Part shown: positions 63,407 to 64,000 of the stretch, one piece after another
Layout: the number at the start of each line of letters is the position of its first letter
Position numbering within the stretch: position 1 is the first letter of the stretch
Translations under genes and position numbers: made by a program
Notes under the pieces: generated by a model
What the model saw: the letters and a program-made list of their open reading frames with translations, nothing else
Database searches by the model: none
What the model was told of the DNA's origin: nothing
Assembly: GCA_977020255.1 (NCBI GenBank)
Contig: CDROCS010002233.1
Coordinates: 186,001 to 250,000, forward strand
Source of the DNA: Obrimoposthia wandeli
Taxonomy: Eukaryota
DNA: 64,000 nucleotides
Direction: 5' to 3'

Positions 63407-64000
63407 TCTTATTCAAATAATTTTTGTAATGTTTTTTCGTGCCTGTAGATCAAGAATGAAGCCCGCCCCGAAGGGGCGGGTGGTGTATGTTAGGGTCTTG
63501 GGTATGACACGGGTCGTTTACATGTGTAGTTGTGAGAGGTAAAGTGATACTGTAGCGCATGTTTTTGTAGTTATTTTCACGAGAATGGAGCCCGCCCCAA
63601 GGGGCGAGCGGTGGGTGGAGTGTTTCGGTGGTGTTGTTTGTGGTGTGGCGTGGTGTGGTGTGGCTTGGTGTGGTGTGGTGTGGTGTGGTGTGGTGTAGAG
63701 AATAGAGCCCGCCCCAAAGGGGCGGGTGGTTGTCGGTGGGTGTTTCCATCCAACACCCGTCGACTTTCACCCATCACCCGAGGTAGTCAGTGATATACAC
63801 GAGAGCGAGACATCCGTACATCGCCAAGCTAGTCTGTGACCTATATGAGAGCGAGACATCCGTACATCGCAGAGCTAGTCTGTGGCCTATATCAGTCCAG
63901 AGCCCTTCGCGCCTAAAGGCGCGAAAAATTGTTAGGGGGTACCCCCCTTGTCCTTTAAAACCGTGCATGTGTGTGGAGTGAAATTTCACCCCACACACCT
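63407..64000 (+). repeat. Family A right TIR, with GC-box hairpins and a (TGGTG)n expansion at 63640-63695
   Basis: Collinear with 787-1450; homology ends inward at TCTTATTCAAATAA. Confidence 0.88.

Larger units (their letters stand above)
59513..64000 (+). mobile_element. Polinton family A deleted copy: truncated left TIR, decayed interior, pPolB 3' end, right TIR running off the window
   Basis: AGTAGGTGGATGTGTCCGGTCTAATC at 59513 is the reverse complement of the 1540 and 14520 termini. The right TIR starts at ~63407. Confidence 0.75.

Overview
AT-rich, repeat-dense eukaryotic (invertebrate-type) genomic DNA. Homopolymer and indel noise in places suggests an unpolished long-read assembly. 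One host gene is supported: a minus-strand, multi-exon E93/Mblk-1/mbr-1-type transcription factor with two pipsqueak HTH domains (six coding exons recognised, 16577-56280; 5' end not found). Its introns and flanks hold decayed Gypsy, BEL/Pao, L2, hAT, pogo and Tc1-like elements, plus five separate Polinton/Maverick remnants from two families, most with AGTAGGT termini. Highlights: (1) a Polinton with a 6-bp TTTGAT target duplication inserted in a hAT transposase. Its left end carries a ~9-kb tandem array whose ~263-bp unit is the inverted copy of the element's own right TIR-host junction, apparently placed at the centre of a terminal palindrome. (2) Two type I hammerhead ribozymes on opposite strands in related non-coding elements. 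(3) A TIR-adjacent Polinton ORF with repeated SIM-like and LFTD motifs. All protein-family calls come from motif recognition by eye; no database search was run.
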